NCBI RefSeq assembly: GCF_006345805.1
Contig: NC_042997.1
Location: forward strand, 211,792,001 to 211,856,000
Reading direction: 5' to 3'
Source of the DNA: Octopus sinensis
Taxonomy: Eukaryota
DNA: 64,000 bases
Shown here: positions 25,826 to 38,551 of the stretch, piece by piece
How the letters are laid out: each line of letters starts with the position of its first letter
Position numbering within the stretch: the first letter of the stretch is position 1
Translations under genes and position numbers: made by a program
Notes under the pieces: generated by a model
The model's database searches: none
Told to the model about the DNA's origin: nothing
The model's input: the letters and a program-made list of their open reading frames with translations, nothing else

Positions 25826-26469
25826 GTAAATATTGATTTTTAATCAAACCACAAAGCCACTGGTAAATATTGGTCCTTTGATAAAGATTTCTGCCATAGT
25901 ATTCAAGTAGACACACACACACACTCACACACGCACAAACACACACACACACACAAACATGCACACACACACACACACGCACAAACACACACACGCACAA
26001 ACACACACGCACAAACACACACACACACGCACACACAAACACACACGCACAAACACACACACACACACACACAAACACGCACACACAAACATGCACACAC
26101 ACACGCACAAACACACACACACAAACACACACACACAAACATGCACACACACACGCACAAACACACACACACAAACACACACACACAAACATGCACACAC
26201 ACACGCACACACACAAACACACACACGCATAAACACACACACGCACAAACACACACACGCACAAACACACACACACACAAACACACACACACAAACACAC
26301 ACACACAAACATGCACACACAAACACACACACACAAACACACACGCACAAACACACACACGCATAAACACACACACACACAAACACGCACACACATGCAC
26401 AGTTACCAAGTTCTTTTCAACCCAATATTGCTATTTAAGAAAAGTTTGATAAAAATATCTTTTCTGCAG

Positions 26470-26545
26470 AGTAGAAATGCTGTTGGAGATCTTAAGCGGC
26501 GCTGGCCAAATGGTGTGGTTCCATTTAACATTCATTCGTATTTTG
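26470..26545 (+). CDS. Astacin-MAM protease exon 5 (activation site and start of catalytic domain)
   Basis: tttctgcag; SR|NAVGDLKRRWPNGVVPFNIHSYF (R-NA maturation site, WP.G.VP motif); donor G|gtaagt. Confidence 0.92.
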
Positions 26546-26737
26546 GTAAGTGATGACTTTGTGTTTTTTATGATGTTTTGCGGAAGAATTTTTAACAATC
26601 AAACTTTGATAATTTTGTTCACAAAAGCTTAAATCAGTGATTGCTCACAGAAATGGAAAACATCTCCATGGAAACCGATCTTATATCAAAGTTTAGTTTA
26701 ATGATTTGTCAATTAAAGATTAATAAATATCTATCCA

Positions 26738-28166
26738 CCAAGGATCAGTCCTCAGCCCCCTCTTATTCTTCATAGTCCTCCAAGCAATAACAGAGGAATT
26801 CAAGACAGGATGCCCCTGGCAGCTCCTCTATGCTGATGACCTTGCTCTTATTGCTGAGTCACTATCAGAACTCGAGGAGAAGTTTCAGGTGTGGAAGCAA
26901 GGTTTGGAATCAGAGGGCCTTAGAGTCAATCTACCAAAAACCAATGTCTTCGTAAGTAGGAAGGCAGGCAAGCCACAAATCCCTTCAGATAGATGGCCCT
27001 GCTCAATCTGTAGAAAAGGCATAGGTAGAAACTTCATGAGATGTACCTGGTGTAAGTTATGGACACATAAGAGGGGCAGCAATATCAAAGGGTGGGGGGA
27101 TAACTAGGAAGATAGTTTTTGTGTGTGGCAGATGCACAGGGGCAATAGACACTGAAAATGCACAGAAAACAGCTTCCGTCTCATGCCAGGGGGAAAAACT
27201 AGAAGTAGTTGATAGCTTCCATTACCTAGGTGGCCAAGTCAGTAGCGGTGGGTGGATGCTCTGAGATTGTAGCTGCTAGAATATGAATAGCCTGGGCAAA
27301 GTTCAGAGAGCTCCTACCACTGCTGGTGACAAAGGGCCTCTTGCTCAGACTGTATGACACATGTATATGAACAGCCATGCTACATGGCAGTGAAACATGG
27401 CTGTGACTGCTGAGGACATGCGTAAGCTCACAAGAAATGAAGCTGGTATGCTCTGCAGGATGTGTGATGTTAGTGTGCATACATGACAGAGTATAAGCGC
27501 CCTGAGAGAAAATTTGGATTTAAGAAGCATTAGATGTGGTGTGCAAGAGAGACAACTGTGCTGGTATGGTCATATGTTACGTATGAATGAAGACAGATGT
27601 ATGAAAAAGTGTCACATCCTAGCAATAGAGGGGACCTGTGGAAGAGGTACACCCAGGAAAACCTGGGATGAGGTGGTGAAGCACGACCTCTGAATGTTGG
27701 GCCTCATGGAGGCAATGACAAGAAACCGAGACCTTTGGAGATATGCTATGCTTGAGAAGACTCGGCGAACCAAGTGAGATTCTAAATGTGGCCTATGCCA
27801 GTGCAGCATAACCGGCCCATCTAAGGGTACCCTTCAATCATTGGACAATAAACTACGCCTGCGAAAACCTGTTGAAGCAAGTGAAGTCATTGCCATGGCC
27901 AATGACAGTACCTACCAGATTGGTAACCATGCCAGTGGCATGTAAAAAGCACCATCCAAACGTGGTTGATGCCAGTGCCGCCTAATTGGTTCCCATGCCC
28001 ATGGTATGTAAAAAGCACCCACTACACTCTCAGAGTGTTTGGCATTAGAAAGGTCATCTGGCTGTTTAAACTTTGCCATATCAAATTTTGAGCCTGGTGC
28101 AGCCTTCTGGCTCACCAGTCTTCAATCAAAGCCATCATGGAAAGCGGACATTAAACGACGATGACA
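26738..28166 (+). mobile_element. 5'-truncated RTE LINE including 3' UTR and (GAT/GAC)n tail
   Basis: HQGSVLSPLLF...LLYADDL...WPCSICRK...; the coding remnant runs directly into the gccagtggcatgtaaaaagcacc unit and the terminal ...catggaaagcggacattaaacgacgatg. Confidence 0.88.
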
Positions 28167-28513
28167 AATCATCGTGGGAGATGATGTCAGTGTGCCAGGG
28201 AATATCCCTGAGGTACAAGGATGGGAATATAAATGGAAGCGTAGAGGATTGTACAGGGTGCATGAGTTCCTGAAGGTGGTTTGTGGGAGAGGGGAGGGAG
28301 AAAGAAATAATAGAGTATGAAGAAGAAATGGAGTTTGGTTCATTGGGGTGGGATGTGGGAATTAGTGTTACACGAGGGTGAAATACAAAGCACTTCCAGG
28401 ACTTAGTCTCATGTAGCGGGCCTGGTCTCCCTCAACAACCTCATATCACCAGACATGTTTATCCTGTGTCATCTCTGTGACGCCCAACATTTTGAGATCG
28501 GTACTCACTACTT

Positions 28514-28544
<31 letters not shown>

Positions 28545-28848
28545 GTGTGTATCACCTGTTCTTTGGGTGCATTTCGGGGAGTTCACTCTGTTGTCACCCA
28601 GTTTAATGCCAGTACCTGGTCCTTGCCAACCTTCAGCAGAGTATAGTTTGTTCTGGTCAGGGGCTTGATTTGAGAATGACTTTCTCCGTCCCAGCAATTT
28701 TTGAGGCCCTAAAAAAGGATTGTCAATGGTACGGACCTTCTTCTTGCAACAAAAATGTTGATGGCAGAGATGATGTTGTTTGTATTCCTTTTCTGGTCCA
28801 AATGTTTGAAGTTATTTTAATCCATGATGTTGCTTTTTACAATTACAG

Positions 28849-28984
28849 AAGAATATGAGAAGGAAACCATAATGGAAGGAATACAACATATTCAGGAAAT
28901 GACGAGGCTTAATGGTAAAGACTGTATAAAATTTAAGAACCAAACGGATGAAGAGAACTACGTGTATATTGGCACAGGATTTGG
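28849..28984 (+). CDS. Astacin-MAM protease exon 6
   Basis: ttacag acceptor (tandem NAGNAG cag-aag); (E)EYEKETIMEGIQHIQEMTRLNGKDCIKFKNQTDEENYVYIGTGF(G); donor GG|gtaagg, phase 2. Confidence 0.9.
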
Positions 28985-29853
28985 GTAAGGCTACAGACTG
29001 TTTCAAGAATGCAAGTGATTATTTGAAGAATAATAAGTTTTCAATAAAGGGTTATGAAACTGATGCAGGTGAGTATTGAAGCCTATACCATGGTTTCAGG
29101 CATTTATCTATTTGGATATTATTTGCAATGCTTTTGTTGATGGGAAATAGAGTTAAAGAATGGTCATGTGATATGTGATGTCAGCCAGGTGTTAAGGGTG
29201 GTTTGTCTGTGTGTCTAAGACTCTGCAACATTCTGTTGAAATATATGCTTCTCTGGTGCTGTTGTTTTGATGGTATGTACACAAGACATTCTGAAATGTG
29301 GATTGGGGTGTGTGAAGTCATAGCAAAAATGGAACGACCAACTTAGGCATGATGGTCAACTCATCTAAGGGGTAATAACTCTAAGAACTGACGACTTATC
29401 TAACCCATGCCAACATGGAAAGTGGATGTAAAATTATTATTTGTGTGTGTGTATACATATGCATTCACATACATGCATATAAATATACACAGACCCCTCC
29501 CCACACACTCACACAGACACACACACACAATGATTTATGTGTGTCCTTATTTTATGTGCTGACTGGCGAAAGCAATCATCTATACGCAGTCACAATTGGA
29601 ACCAATCTAAAAGGAATAACCCCCACCCCTCCTAGAGTTATTGCCAGTAGAATTTTCGTTCTGGAATTTTTGGTTACAACCTTAATTGACCGAGACGTGT
29701 TCCTTCCCCCAGTTGTGGAGAGGTTATGTGCATCTGGCCATTTGAGACTGCTGAGTCACCTGTTCAGCTAAGAAATTCATAGGTGCAAAACTAATGGTCA
29801 GTCTCTGACTGGTCATAGCAAACAATCTTCTAAGTGTGTGTGTATATGTGTGT

Positions 29854-29950
<97 letters not shown>

Positions 29951-30214
29951 GTATGCATGAGAGTATATAATTTATCTCTTATTTCTTTCAGTCATTAGTC
30001 TGTGGCCATGCTGGAGCACCACCTTCTATAATTTTTAGTCAAAAGAATTGACCCCCAATTCTTATTATTTTTAAAGACTAATACATATTCTATCAGTCAC
30101 TTTTGCTAAGTTACAGGGACATAAACAAAGCAACAGCTGTCGCATTTATTTTATCTAAAATTTCTTTACTAATGATCCCAAGTTCTGACTTGGCTGGGTT
30201 GATAAGCCTACATT

Positions 30215-31227
30215 TAGTGGCCTTCAATATAGGTAACGAGGTGGCCTTCAATATAGGTAAATATTTCCTAGCACTGATAGATAGACATTTTCCAGTTAAC
30301 CATACTTATAGGAAACTCTTCAATAGACACAATTTAAAAATTAGTTTTAGTTCCACTACCAATTTTAAAAACATAATCAAACATAACATACAAAAAACAC
30401 AACAAGAAAACAGCTGTTCATGCAGGAATAAAGAATTGTGCCAGCTAAATGGAGCTTGCATGTCCAAGTCCATCATATATGAAGCTACCATAAACTCTAT
30501 AACCACTAAAGACACTGTTTCGACGAAGAAATACGTGGGCCTTATAGAGGGTAACTTCAAGGCCAGGTTCAATAACCACACTTTGAGCTTTAGGCACTGG
30601 AACAAAAGAAAAGCGACACAATTATCTAATCATATTTGGTCTTTAAGAGAAAAAGGTATCGATTATAACATACATTGGAAGATTTTGGCCAGATGTAAGC
30701 CCTCTACCAACGGCAGCGGGAGGTGCGGTCTGTGCGACATGGAGAGATGGCTTATCTGGAAAAGCAGCTTAGACCCTACTACATGTCTAAACACAAGGAC
30801 AGAACTTTTCGGATCATGCCTACATGTGACTAAATTTCTGTTACGTTTTTGGTCCCCTAAAGAAAACAGATAGAACATGCTTTCTATGTTATGTCCCAAG
30901 AAGATTTTATATATTTTTATATATTTTTTATATATTTTTTATGTATTTTTATATAATTTTTATGACGAAAAATGCGAGCGATGTATAAGTACGCAGGCAA
31001 GCAGAGTTATAACACAGTAATTTCCCTTTGTATAACGGTATTTTTTCATAGCGTTTTCAAATAGCCAGATAACCGAAGAGATGGTGTTGTGGATTTCCAC
31101 TTCGGCATCTGAAACTCAGAGTTTTATCTTGACTATCGAGTAATGTAACATATTATTGTATAGATAAATTTCCTCTATTTACATAATATTGAGGTCTCTT
31201 TCTTTCTTTTGTTATCTTACCGTTTTA

Positions 31228-31230
<3 letters not shown>
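30215..31230 (+). mobile_element. Penelope-like element 3' part (GIY-YIG endonuclease + pseudo-LTR)
   Basis: KYFLALIDRHFP...CSCR...C.L.GAC...IIYEATI...YVGL.EG.FK.RFNNH..SF...C.LC..E...LN.R.E; hammerhead-like motif downstream; ends at (TA)n. Confidence 0.85.
31067..31129 (+). ncRNA. Hammerhead motif variant in a Penelope pseudo-LTR
   Basis: agataa CCGAAGA gatg..gtgg/ccac..catct GAAA ctcaga GTT ttatct: 6-bp stem I, U4C core variant. Confidence 0.5.
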
Positions 31231-31284
<54 letters not shown>

Positions 31285-31358
31285 TCCTTGTTGACACATA
31301 GACAGACAGATATACGAATCCCCTTAGTAATAATCCAATGTTGATGTTTCTTCTGTAG

Positions 31359-31534
31359 GTGTCACAGTAATATTGGTTACAAAGGCAAACCCCAAGGAAT
31401 ATCTCTCGGCCGTGGCTGCCGATCGAGAGGAATTGTTTCTCATGAGATGCTACATACACTGGGATTTTATCACGAACAGAGTCGACCAGATCGAGATAAT
31501 TATGTGAAAATAAATATGACTAATGTAAAGGAAA
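31359..31534 (+). CDS. Astacin-MAM protease exon 7 (zinc-binding motif)
   Basis: ttctgtag; (G)CHSNIGYKGKPQGISLGRGCRSRGIVSHEMLHTLGFYHEQSRPDRDNYVKINMTNVKE contains the astacin signature HExxHxxGFxHExxRxDRD; donor A|gtaaga. Confidence 0.96.
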
Positions 31535-32234
31535 GTAAGAATTAATGTTTCACTCAACCGTTTAATCAGCAGAAGAATTCTAACTAAAATAGAATTCTTC
31601 TGTGTTTTAATTATTTTTTTCAAAATAATTAAAAATTATGATTCAGGAAATTGATTACAAATGTTTCTATATATTAGTTTTGTATTTGTTTCTGCTGTTG
31701 TTGTTGACGTTTATATTTCCACTGATGGGGCCTAATAAGAAATATGTTTTGAGTTGTCTCCCTTGTTTGATCAATTCAACTTTGACGTTTGCTGCTCTCC
31801 AATATTTTCCCATATCATTGTATCTCTTCTGGGTTTGTTGCTGTCTTTGAAAACATTGGGCATTCATCAGTCATGTGGAATATTTATTATGTAAATATGC
31901 AGTGAGTGGGTGTTGAAAATCTCACCGTTTCAAGTGTCTTTTACCATAGGTTTGGGTTAACCCAAGTCTTGTCAGGGAAACTGGGGAAATGAGTGGCACC
32001 AGCAGAGTTACCAATCCCATGCCCAGTACTACCAGCCACAACACCATTAGCAACAGCATCACCAGCACTATTTCTAGGGATGAATACTGCAACTGCAGCA
32101 AGCACACCAATATCACCAGAACCCATTCCCCCTGGTAACAGCACCGATGACAGCCCCAGCAACAGCAGTGTTAACAACTCCAGGCCCAGAGCACTCAGAA
32201 CATACACCAGAGGCGTGAACACAACCAACACTCA

Positions 32235-32700
32235 AGTTTGGAGATATATCAGATTGACTGGAACTACTTTTAAGTGGCGCCTGTACAACCACAGATACTC
32301 TTTTAGGGTTCTGGAAAAATGTTATGTCACATCCTTGGCCATCCACATGTGGCACTTTAAGTATGAAGGAACTCCATACGAAATTAAACAGAAGATCATA
32401 GAGAAGCCAAGGTCCTATATAAGTGGGAGTGGAGGATGCAAGCTCTGCATAGCAGGACAGGCAAGCCTCGCTTAGCCCTTAAAGCCTCACTGAGCCCAGA
32501 CACTCTCTTAAACTCAAGACTTAAGTTCTATAGTTTAAGAGAGTGTTTGGTGATATGAGGTTCTTGAGAAGACCTGCCTACCACATGACACTAAGTTCTG
32601 GAAATGCTTTGTAATTGACAAACGGGGAATCCCACACCTGCAACAGGTAGCATTTGAAATAGGGGATTCTCTGTTTGTCAATTAGAGCTGGAAAAAGTTC
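32235..32700 (+). mobile_element. Penelope-like GIY-YIG fragment
   Basis: YIRLTGTTFKWRLYNHRYSF...SLAIHMW...CKLC. Confidence 0.65.
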
Positions 32701-32969
32701 TTGCAGACTGGAGACAGCTTAAGGGCAGAGATGTCCTGTTTGCCCTTTAGGTCCATAAGATTCGCCAACAAGACTAATTTAAGGGAGATAACTCATCCTG
32801 TTTAAAGCTCAGTGTACATTTATTCTTTGTTTACAAATTAATTGACTGTAATGGTTTTCTACCTCCAGTTTGAAGAGAGGTTATATACCCATGGCCATTG
32901 GAATCAGATGAGTTTTCTATAAGGCTAAGGGCTTTGTGTGAAACCATTGCTCACTCTATGACTAGACAT

Positions 32970-34208
32970 AGACTTAACTGCATCGACATTACCCAAATCA
33001 CTGATCATGGATCCTTGGTGGATGTTGTTTACCTGGACTTTGCTAAGGCTTTTAACTCTGTGCCACACAAAAGACTTATGGTGAAGCTTTCTGCGTTGGG
33101 TGTAAGAGATGAACTCTGGTTAAAGTCCTTTATTTTCGGCCGAAAAGAGGTTGTCACAGTTCTAGGACAGCACTCTTCATCCTATGAGATGACATCTGGT
33201 GTACCACAGGGATCTGTTCTTGGCTCCCTTTTATTTGTTGCATATGTTAATGACATAGATGCCAACTTAAAGAATGCCACAGTGCTGAAATATGCAGATG
33301 ATATCAAGCTGTACCTTGAAATAAAGAGGTCAGATCCTGTACACTATAGACCTCTATTGCAAGCAGACCTGGACACAATGCAGCAGTGGATCATGGACTG
33401 GCAACTCAAGCTGGCTGTGGACAAATGTACCACCATGCATTTTGGGAGGAGAAACCCAGTGTCCACCTACTCCCTCCACAACACTGGGTGTTATTATCGA
33501 CAGTGATTTGCGTTGGACAAAACATATCGCTAAAATTGTCAAGAAGGCTGAGGGTGTCTTGGCATCACTCACCAAATCCTTTGTGAGCTGCTCTCCGGCT
33601 TTATATAGCTATGGTAAGACCTCACCTGGAATTTGCATCACCGGTCTGGAACCCCTATCTTGCCCAGGATATCAATTGTCTGGAAGCTGTTCAACGACAT
33701 GCAACCAAAAGAATACCCTCCATCAGGCATTTGCCATATTCTGAATGCCTTACTTCCCTGAACATGGATACATTGAAACTCCGACGTCTGGCAGCTGACT
33801 TGGCAGACACCCATAAAATTTTTAACCATCTTACAAACAATAACTCTGAGCAGCTTTTCAAACTCCACCTGTCTAACACCTGTGAACACGTTTACAAAGC
33901 CAGAAAACAGCACAGCTCCCATGACTTTTGGAAACATTTTTTCACGCTGAGAGTTGCTGAAGCATGGAACAAACTGCCGGCATCAGTTGTTAGTTGTCGG
34001 AGCACTGCATCAAAACTTCCATGCTTCCTGAGATTCGCCAACACTACACCTGATTTTCTCCCCTCCATACACACACAAGCATGTATCTGACTCATACATT
34101 GTTCACTTCCCAGACATTTGTATATTACTGCATACGCTTTATACACTCTTGTGACAAGTTGTGGTGTACCTGAGCACTGTATACAATAATTTAATTATTA
34201 TTATTATT
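32970..34208 (+). mobile_element. 5'-truncated CR1/L2-group LINE (RT + 3' UTR)
   Basis: VDVVYLDFAKAFNSVPHKRL, SGVPQGSVLGSLLF, YADDIKLY, VRPHLEFASPVWNP, FF..RVAEAWNKLP; (TTA)n tail. Confidence 0.92.
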
Positions 34209-34277
34209 TTAAAAACATTACTGCTCTATCGTTTAGTTAGAGTGTACTTTTTAGGATATACAAAGCACTGACTATAT

Positions 34278-34312
<35 letters not shown>

Positions 34313-34611
34313 ATATATATTACATATATATATATATACATATAATATATATATATATATATACATATATATGTATATATATATATATGTAAAAAAAATA
34401 CAAACTGGGACGAGAGCGCAAAACATTTAGAAGACGATACAAAAAACACGGATGGGACATTCGAAGCCTTCAATCTTCAGTCAAGAACCGGATCATATAT
34501 ATATATGTGTATAATATATATATAATAATAATAATTTGAGGGAATATTATTCCTAACTTACAGGGAAAAATTCAATTTAGAAATACTAAATCAAATTTCA
34601 CAAAATACAAT

Positions 34612-34764
34612 ATATATATAAAAGTTAGAAAAAAGCCACATTTTATCAATTCAAAATGAACGATTAAATTACACCATCTAGAAAATATGTAATTTTCTAG
34701 ATGGTGTAATTTAACTGTTTATTTTGAATTGATAAAAGGTGGTTTTTCTAACTTTTATATATAT
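34612..34764. repeat. Fold-back palindrome (~70-bp arms, loop of about 5 nt) between (TA)n tracts
   Basis: aaagttagaaaaaagccac...acaccatctagaaaat paired with attttctagatggtgt...ggtttttctaacttt. Confidence 0.8.
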
Positions 34765-35303
34765 CATCATCATCATCATCATCATCATCATCGTTTAACG
34801 TCCGTTCTCCATGCTAGCATGGGTTGGATGGTTCAACTGGGGTCTGGCAAGCTCGAAGGCTGCACCAGGCCAGTCAGATCTGGCAGTGTTTCTACAGCTG
34901 GATGCCCTTCCTAATGCCAACCACTCCGTGAGTGTAGTGGGTGATTTTATGTGCCACCGACACAGGTGCCAGACGAGGCTGGCAGACGGCCACGCTCGGA
35001 TGGTGTTTTTATGTGCCACTGACACAGGTGCCAGACGAGGCTGGCAGACGGCCACGCTCGGATGGTGTTTTCTTATGTGCCACCGACACAGGTGCCAGAC
35101 GAGGCTGGCAGACGGCCACGCTCGGATGGTGTTTTTATGTGCCACCGACACAGGTGCCAGACGAGGCTGGCAGATGGCCACGCTCGGATGGTGTTTTCTT
35201 ATGTGCCACCGACACAGGTGCCAGACGAGGCTGGCAGACAGCCACGCTCGGATGTTGTTTGTTACGTGCCCACAGCACGGAGGCCAGTCGATGCGGTACT
35301 GGC
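34765..35303 (-). mobile_element. RTE 3'-UTR fragment with a homogeneous ~60-bp tandem array
   Basis: About five near-identical units atgtgccaccgacacaggtgccagacgaggctggcagacggccacgctcggatggtgtttt. Confidence 0.85.
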
Positions 35304-35698
35304 TATATATATATATATATATATAGATAGATAGATATATACATACATACATACATACATACATCTTGTGATCGTGTGATTAACCAGACTATCAGATGTT
35401 GTTACACATCACTGGTTACAATGTGCTTTGCATCATTTTATCTTTCAAATGATGCCAGTCTGCTGGCTTAGGTGAGCTGTCCCCTGGTCAGAAGATCAGT
35501 CCACTGCAGGCTCATCCGTTTACAGCTGAGTGGGAACATATCTATCATCATCATTTAATGTCTGCTTTCCATGTTGGCACACACACACACGCCACACACA
35601 CACAACACACACACACACACACATATATATAGATATATGTATATATATTATATATATATATATAATATATATATATACATATATATATATATATTATA

Positions 35699-35745
<47 letters not shown>

Positions 35746-35746
35746 C

Positions 35747-35789
<43 letters not shown>

Positions 35790-35793
<4 letters not shown>

Positions 35794-35954
35794 GAGTGGC
35801 TGTGTGGTAAGTAGCTTGCTAACCAACCACATGGTTGCGGGTTCAGTCCACTGCGTGGCATCTTGGGCAAGTGTCTTCTGCTATAGCCCGGGCCGACCAT
35901 GCCTTGTGAGTGGATTTGGTAGACGGAAACTGAAAGAAGCCTGTCGTATATATG

Positions 35955-35985
<31 letters not shown>

Positions 35986-36185
35986 TGGTGTCTGTGTTTG
36001 TCTCCCTAGCATGCTTGACACCGATGCTGGTGTGTTTACGTCCCCATCACTTAGCGGTTCGGCAAAGAGACGATAGAATAAGTACTGGGCTTACAAAGAA
36101 TAAGTCCGGGGTCGATTGTTCGACAAAGGCGGTGCTCCAGTATGGACGCAGTCTAATGACTGAAATATGTAAAAAAGTAAAAAGA
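35790..36185 (+). mobile_element. tRNA-derived SINE, family A
   Basis: Full-length homologue of 1634-2006. Confidence 0.8.
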
Positions 36186-36189
36186 GAGA

Positions 36190-36229
<40 letters not shown>

Positions 36230-36236
<7 letters not shown>

Positions 36237-37217
36237 AAATGAAGAAAATACTGAAAATAATTGAAGTTAATTTAAGTAATTTAATAGGTGAAAGTTCTTT
36301 TTACCGGTTGCGCATTTGTTATGCTTATCAAAATATAAAGAGAGATTAGAGTCTGTCTCTTATATGTGAAAAAAAGAGGCTCCAGAGTTGTTTTGGATTT
36401 GCTTGGTTTCGCGCCTAAAATTTTGATTGGGTCATTATGAAGGGGGTCACGTGAATGTTTGAATGGAAGTTGGTGTGGGGTGTGGTAAGAAAAAAGGCTC
36501 AGAGAAGTTAAAATTTGGCTAGTGTCCCGCCTAAAATTCTTATTGGCCATAATAAAGAGGTCATGTGAATGTTTAGAATTTTCGAAATAGTGTTGTTGAA
36601 AATTCTATTGTTCAGGCTGGTCAGTAGACGTCATGTGGATATTTAAATAGCTTTTAGCGCGTAGTTAGGGAGTGTATTTCCGCTTGACTGGATAAGTAAG
36701 TTCGTTTAGAACAGGGAGGAGCTGTATGTATGTATGTGTGTGCGCGCAGCGCCGTTGTGTGTGTTTATATGTATGTTGGGGCGCGCGCGCGCGTGTATAT
36801 ATGTGTATGTGTGTGGGTACAATTTTCAATATTATAGTTGCTGGCCTTGTGCCTGTATCGGGAAGCAACGTATTTGTGTGAAGTCAATATTTAAGCCATT
36901 TCCAAAAAATAGTGTTGGATGTTTTGCACCCGTATTCAATTATGTGTATGTGTGGAACCATATATTTGTGTGTGTCATGGTGTTAATATGGGTAAAGGTG
37001 TGTGTAGGGTGTGTGCAGGTGTAAGTGTGTTGTTGTGGGTTCGTGTTAGAGGCATCTGTTTAGAAGTGGTCTGTATTTATTAATAAGGTGGGATTCCATG
37101 GTTATTCGCTGGGTATGAGTGGCATTGTCTTTAAATTTGTAGAGGGGAAAGATTCTAAAATTGGGATGGAGTTGTGCGGCACATAACCATGGAATCCCAC
37201 CTTATTAATAAATACAG
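36230..37217 (-). mobile_element. Penelope-like element 3' end with a 35-bp inverted 5' segment
   Basis: Minus strand FRIFPLYKF.../RITMESHLINKYRPLLN, typical of a PLE endonuclease C-terminus; 37183-37217 is the exact reverse complement of 37071-37105. Confidence 0.6.
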
Positions 37218-37254
37218 AAGCTAATAAATACTTGAAGCTATTCCTGATATAGAC

Positions 37255-37984
37255 TGCCTAGGGGACGCAACTCGACCTTTTTAACTCTCAACTCCATCAA
37301 TATCCAGCTACTTGAAGCTATTCCTGGTAATGTCCACGTCTACAAATCTATTGATAGGACAGCAGACCCTGACGAGCTTGCCGATTATCTTGTTGAATTC
37401 CTGAATTCACTTGAACCGCCAGGCCTGCCGCCACACATCCTGAAGTTAAAAGTCGGTGCGCCCATTATGCTCATCAGGAATTTGGTTCCACCTAAACAGT
37501 GCAACGGCACACGTCTGGTTGTGAAACATTTGCCACCACATTTAATGATGGCCACAATACTTACCCGTTGTGGGAAGGGAGAGGACATCTTCATTCCACG
37601 CATGCACCTTCAACCGTCGGGCGTTGACCTACCAATCCACTTCAGGCGTTCTCAGTTTCCTGTTAAACTCTGCTTCGCAATGTCCATCAATACATCCCAA
37701 GGCCAAACGCTATAAGTCGCTGGGTTACAGTTGGGTGAACAGTGCTTCGCCCACGGTCAACTCTACATGGGCTGTTCACGTGTTGGGAGGCACAATGATG
37801 TTTTCATGTTTTCGCCCAAAGGGACAGCTAGGAACACCGTATACACAGAAGTATTCGAGTGAAGAGAAGACATTGCAACCTACACATGCACCTTCGTTCC
37901 CTAGAGGGAAAGAACTAGATTGGGATTAGTCATTGCCTACTAGGGGCTCTTACATACCCGGGCAACGCCGGGCTATGCTGCTAG
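37255..37984 (+). mobile_element. Helitron 3' fragment with Pif1-like helicase (RepHel C-terminus) pseudogene
   Basis: EFLNSLEPPGLPPHILKLKVGAPIMLIRNL...CNGTRL...IPR...QFPVKLCFAMSINTSQGQTL*...HGQLY..CSRV, followed by cccgggcaacgccggg hairpin and CTAG|T. Confidence 0.9.
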
Positions 37985-38188
37985 TAACTCATATTTCATA
38001 ACTCTTCATAATTCCTCTTCATAACTCATATTTCATAACTCTTCATAATTCCTCTTCATAACTCATATTTCATAACTCTTCATAACTCATATTTCATAAC
38101 TCTTCATAACTCATATTTCATAACTCTTCATAATTCCTCTTCATAACTCATATTTCATAACTCTTCATAATTCCTCTTCATAACTCAT
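37985..38188 (+). repeat. Compound minisatellite built from cataactc/cataattc modules
   Basis: Modules cataactcatattt, cataactctt and cataattcctctt repeat in a semi-regular order directly after the Helitron CTAG. Confidence 0.9.
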
Positions 38189-38305
38189 CCCACCCTGATT
38201 AACTTCTCAGCCAATATAAATATATTTTTATAATTAATTATCTTTCCTGATCTTCAATTACAATTCATTTGTACAATGGAATTATTTTCCTTTTGTTTGT
38301 TTCAG

Positions 38306-38551
38306 AGGCCAAAAGCAATTTCTTAAAATTGTATCCACCAATTGTTAGCACTCAGGGGCTTCCATACGATTACAATTCAATCATGCATTACAATCCATAT
38401 GAATTTGCTATAGACCGAAGTATACAAACAGTTGAATCTCTCAAGGAAGGTGTAACAATTGGTCAACGCATTGGTATGAGTCAGTTAGACATTCTTCGAG
38501 TTCAAAAATTGTACGGATGTCCAGAACGGAAGATAGTTGTCCGCCAACCAG
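38306..38551 (+). CDS. Astacin-MAM protease exon 8 (Met-turn, end of catalytic domain)
   Basis: tttcag; (K)AKSNFLKLYPP...PYDYNSIMHY...IGQRIGMSQLDILRVQKLYGC...RQP; donor G|gtaaaa. Confidence 0.96.

Noticed and set aside
30103-30873. 256-aa ORF as a nested host gene
   Set aside because: Its N-terminus derives from a SINE fragment and the rest is a truncated Penelope GIY-YIG domain; no evidence of domestication.
34945-35280. CRISPR-like array of ~60-bp units with palindromic cores (also 43740-44163, 57420-57680, 59572-59990)
   Set aside because: The inter-repeat segments are themselves repeated rather than unique spacers, there are no cas genes, the context is eukaryotic, and the array is part of an RTE 3' UTR.
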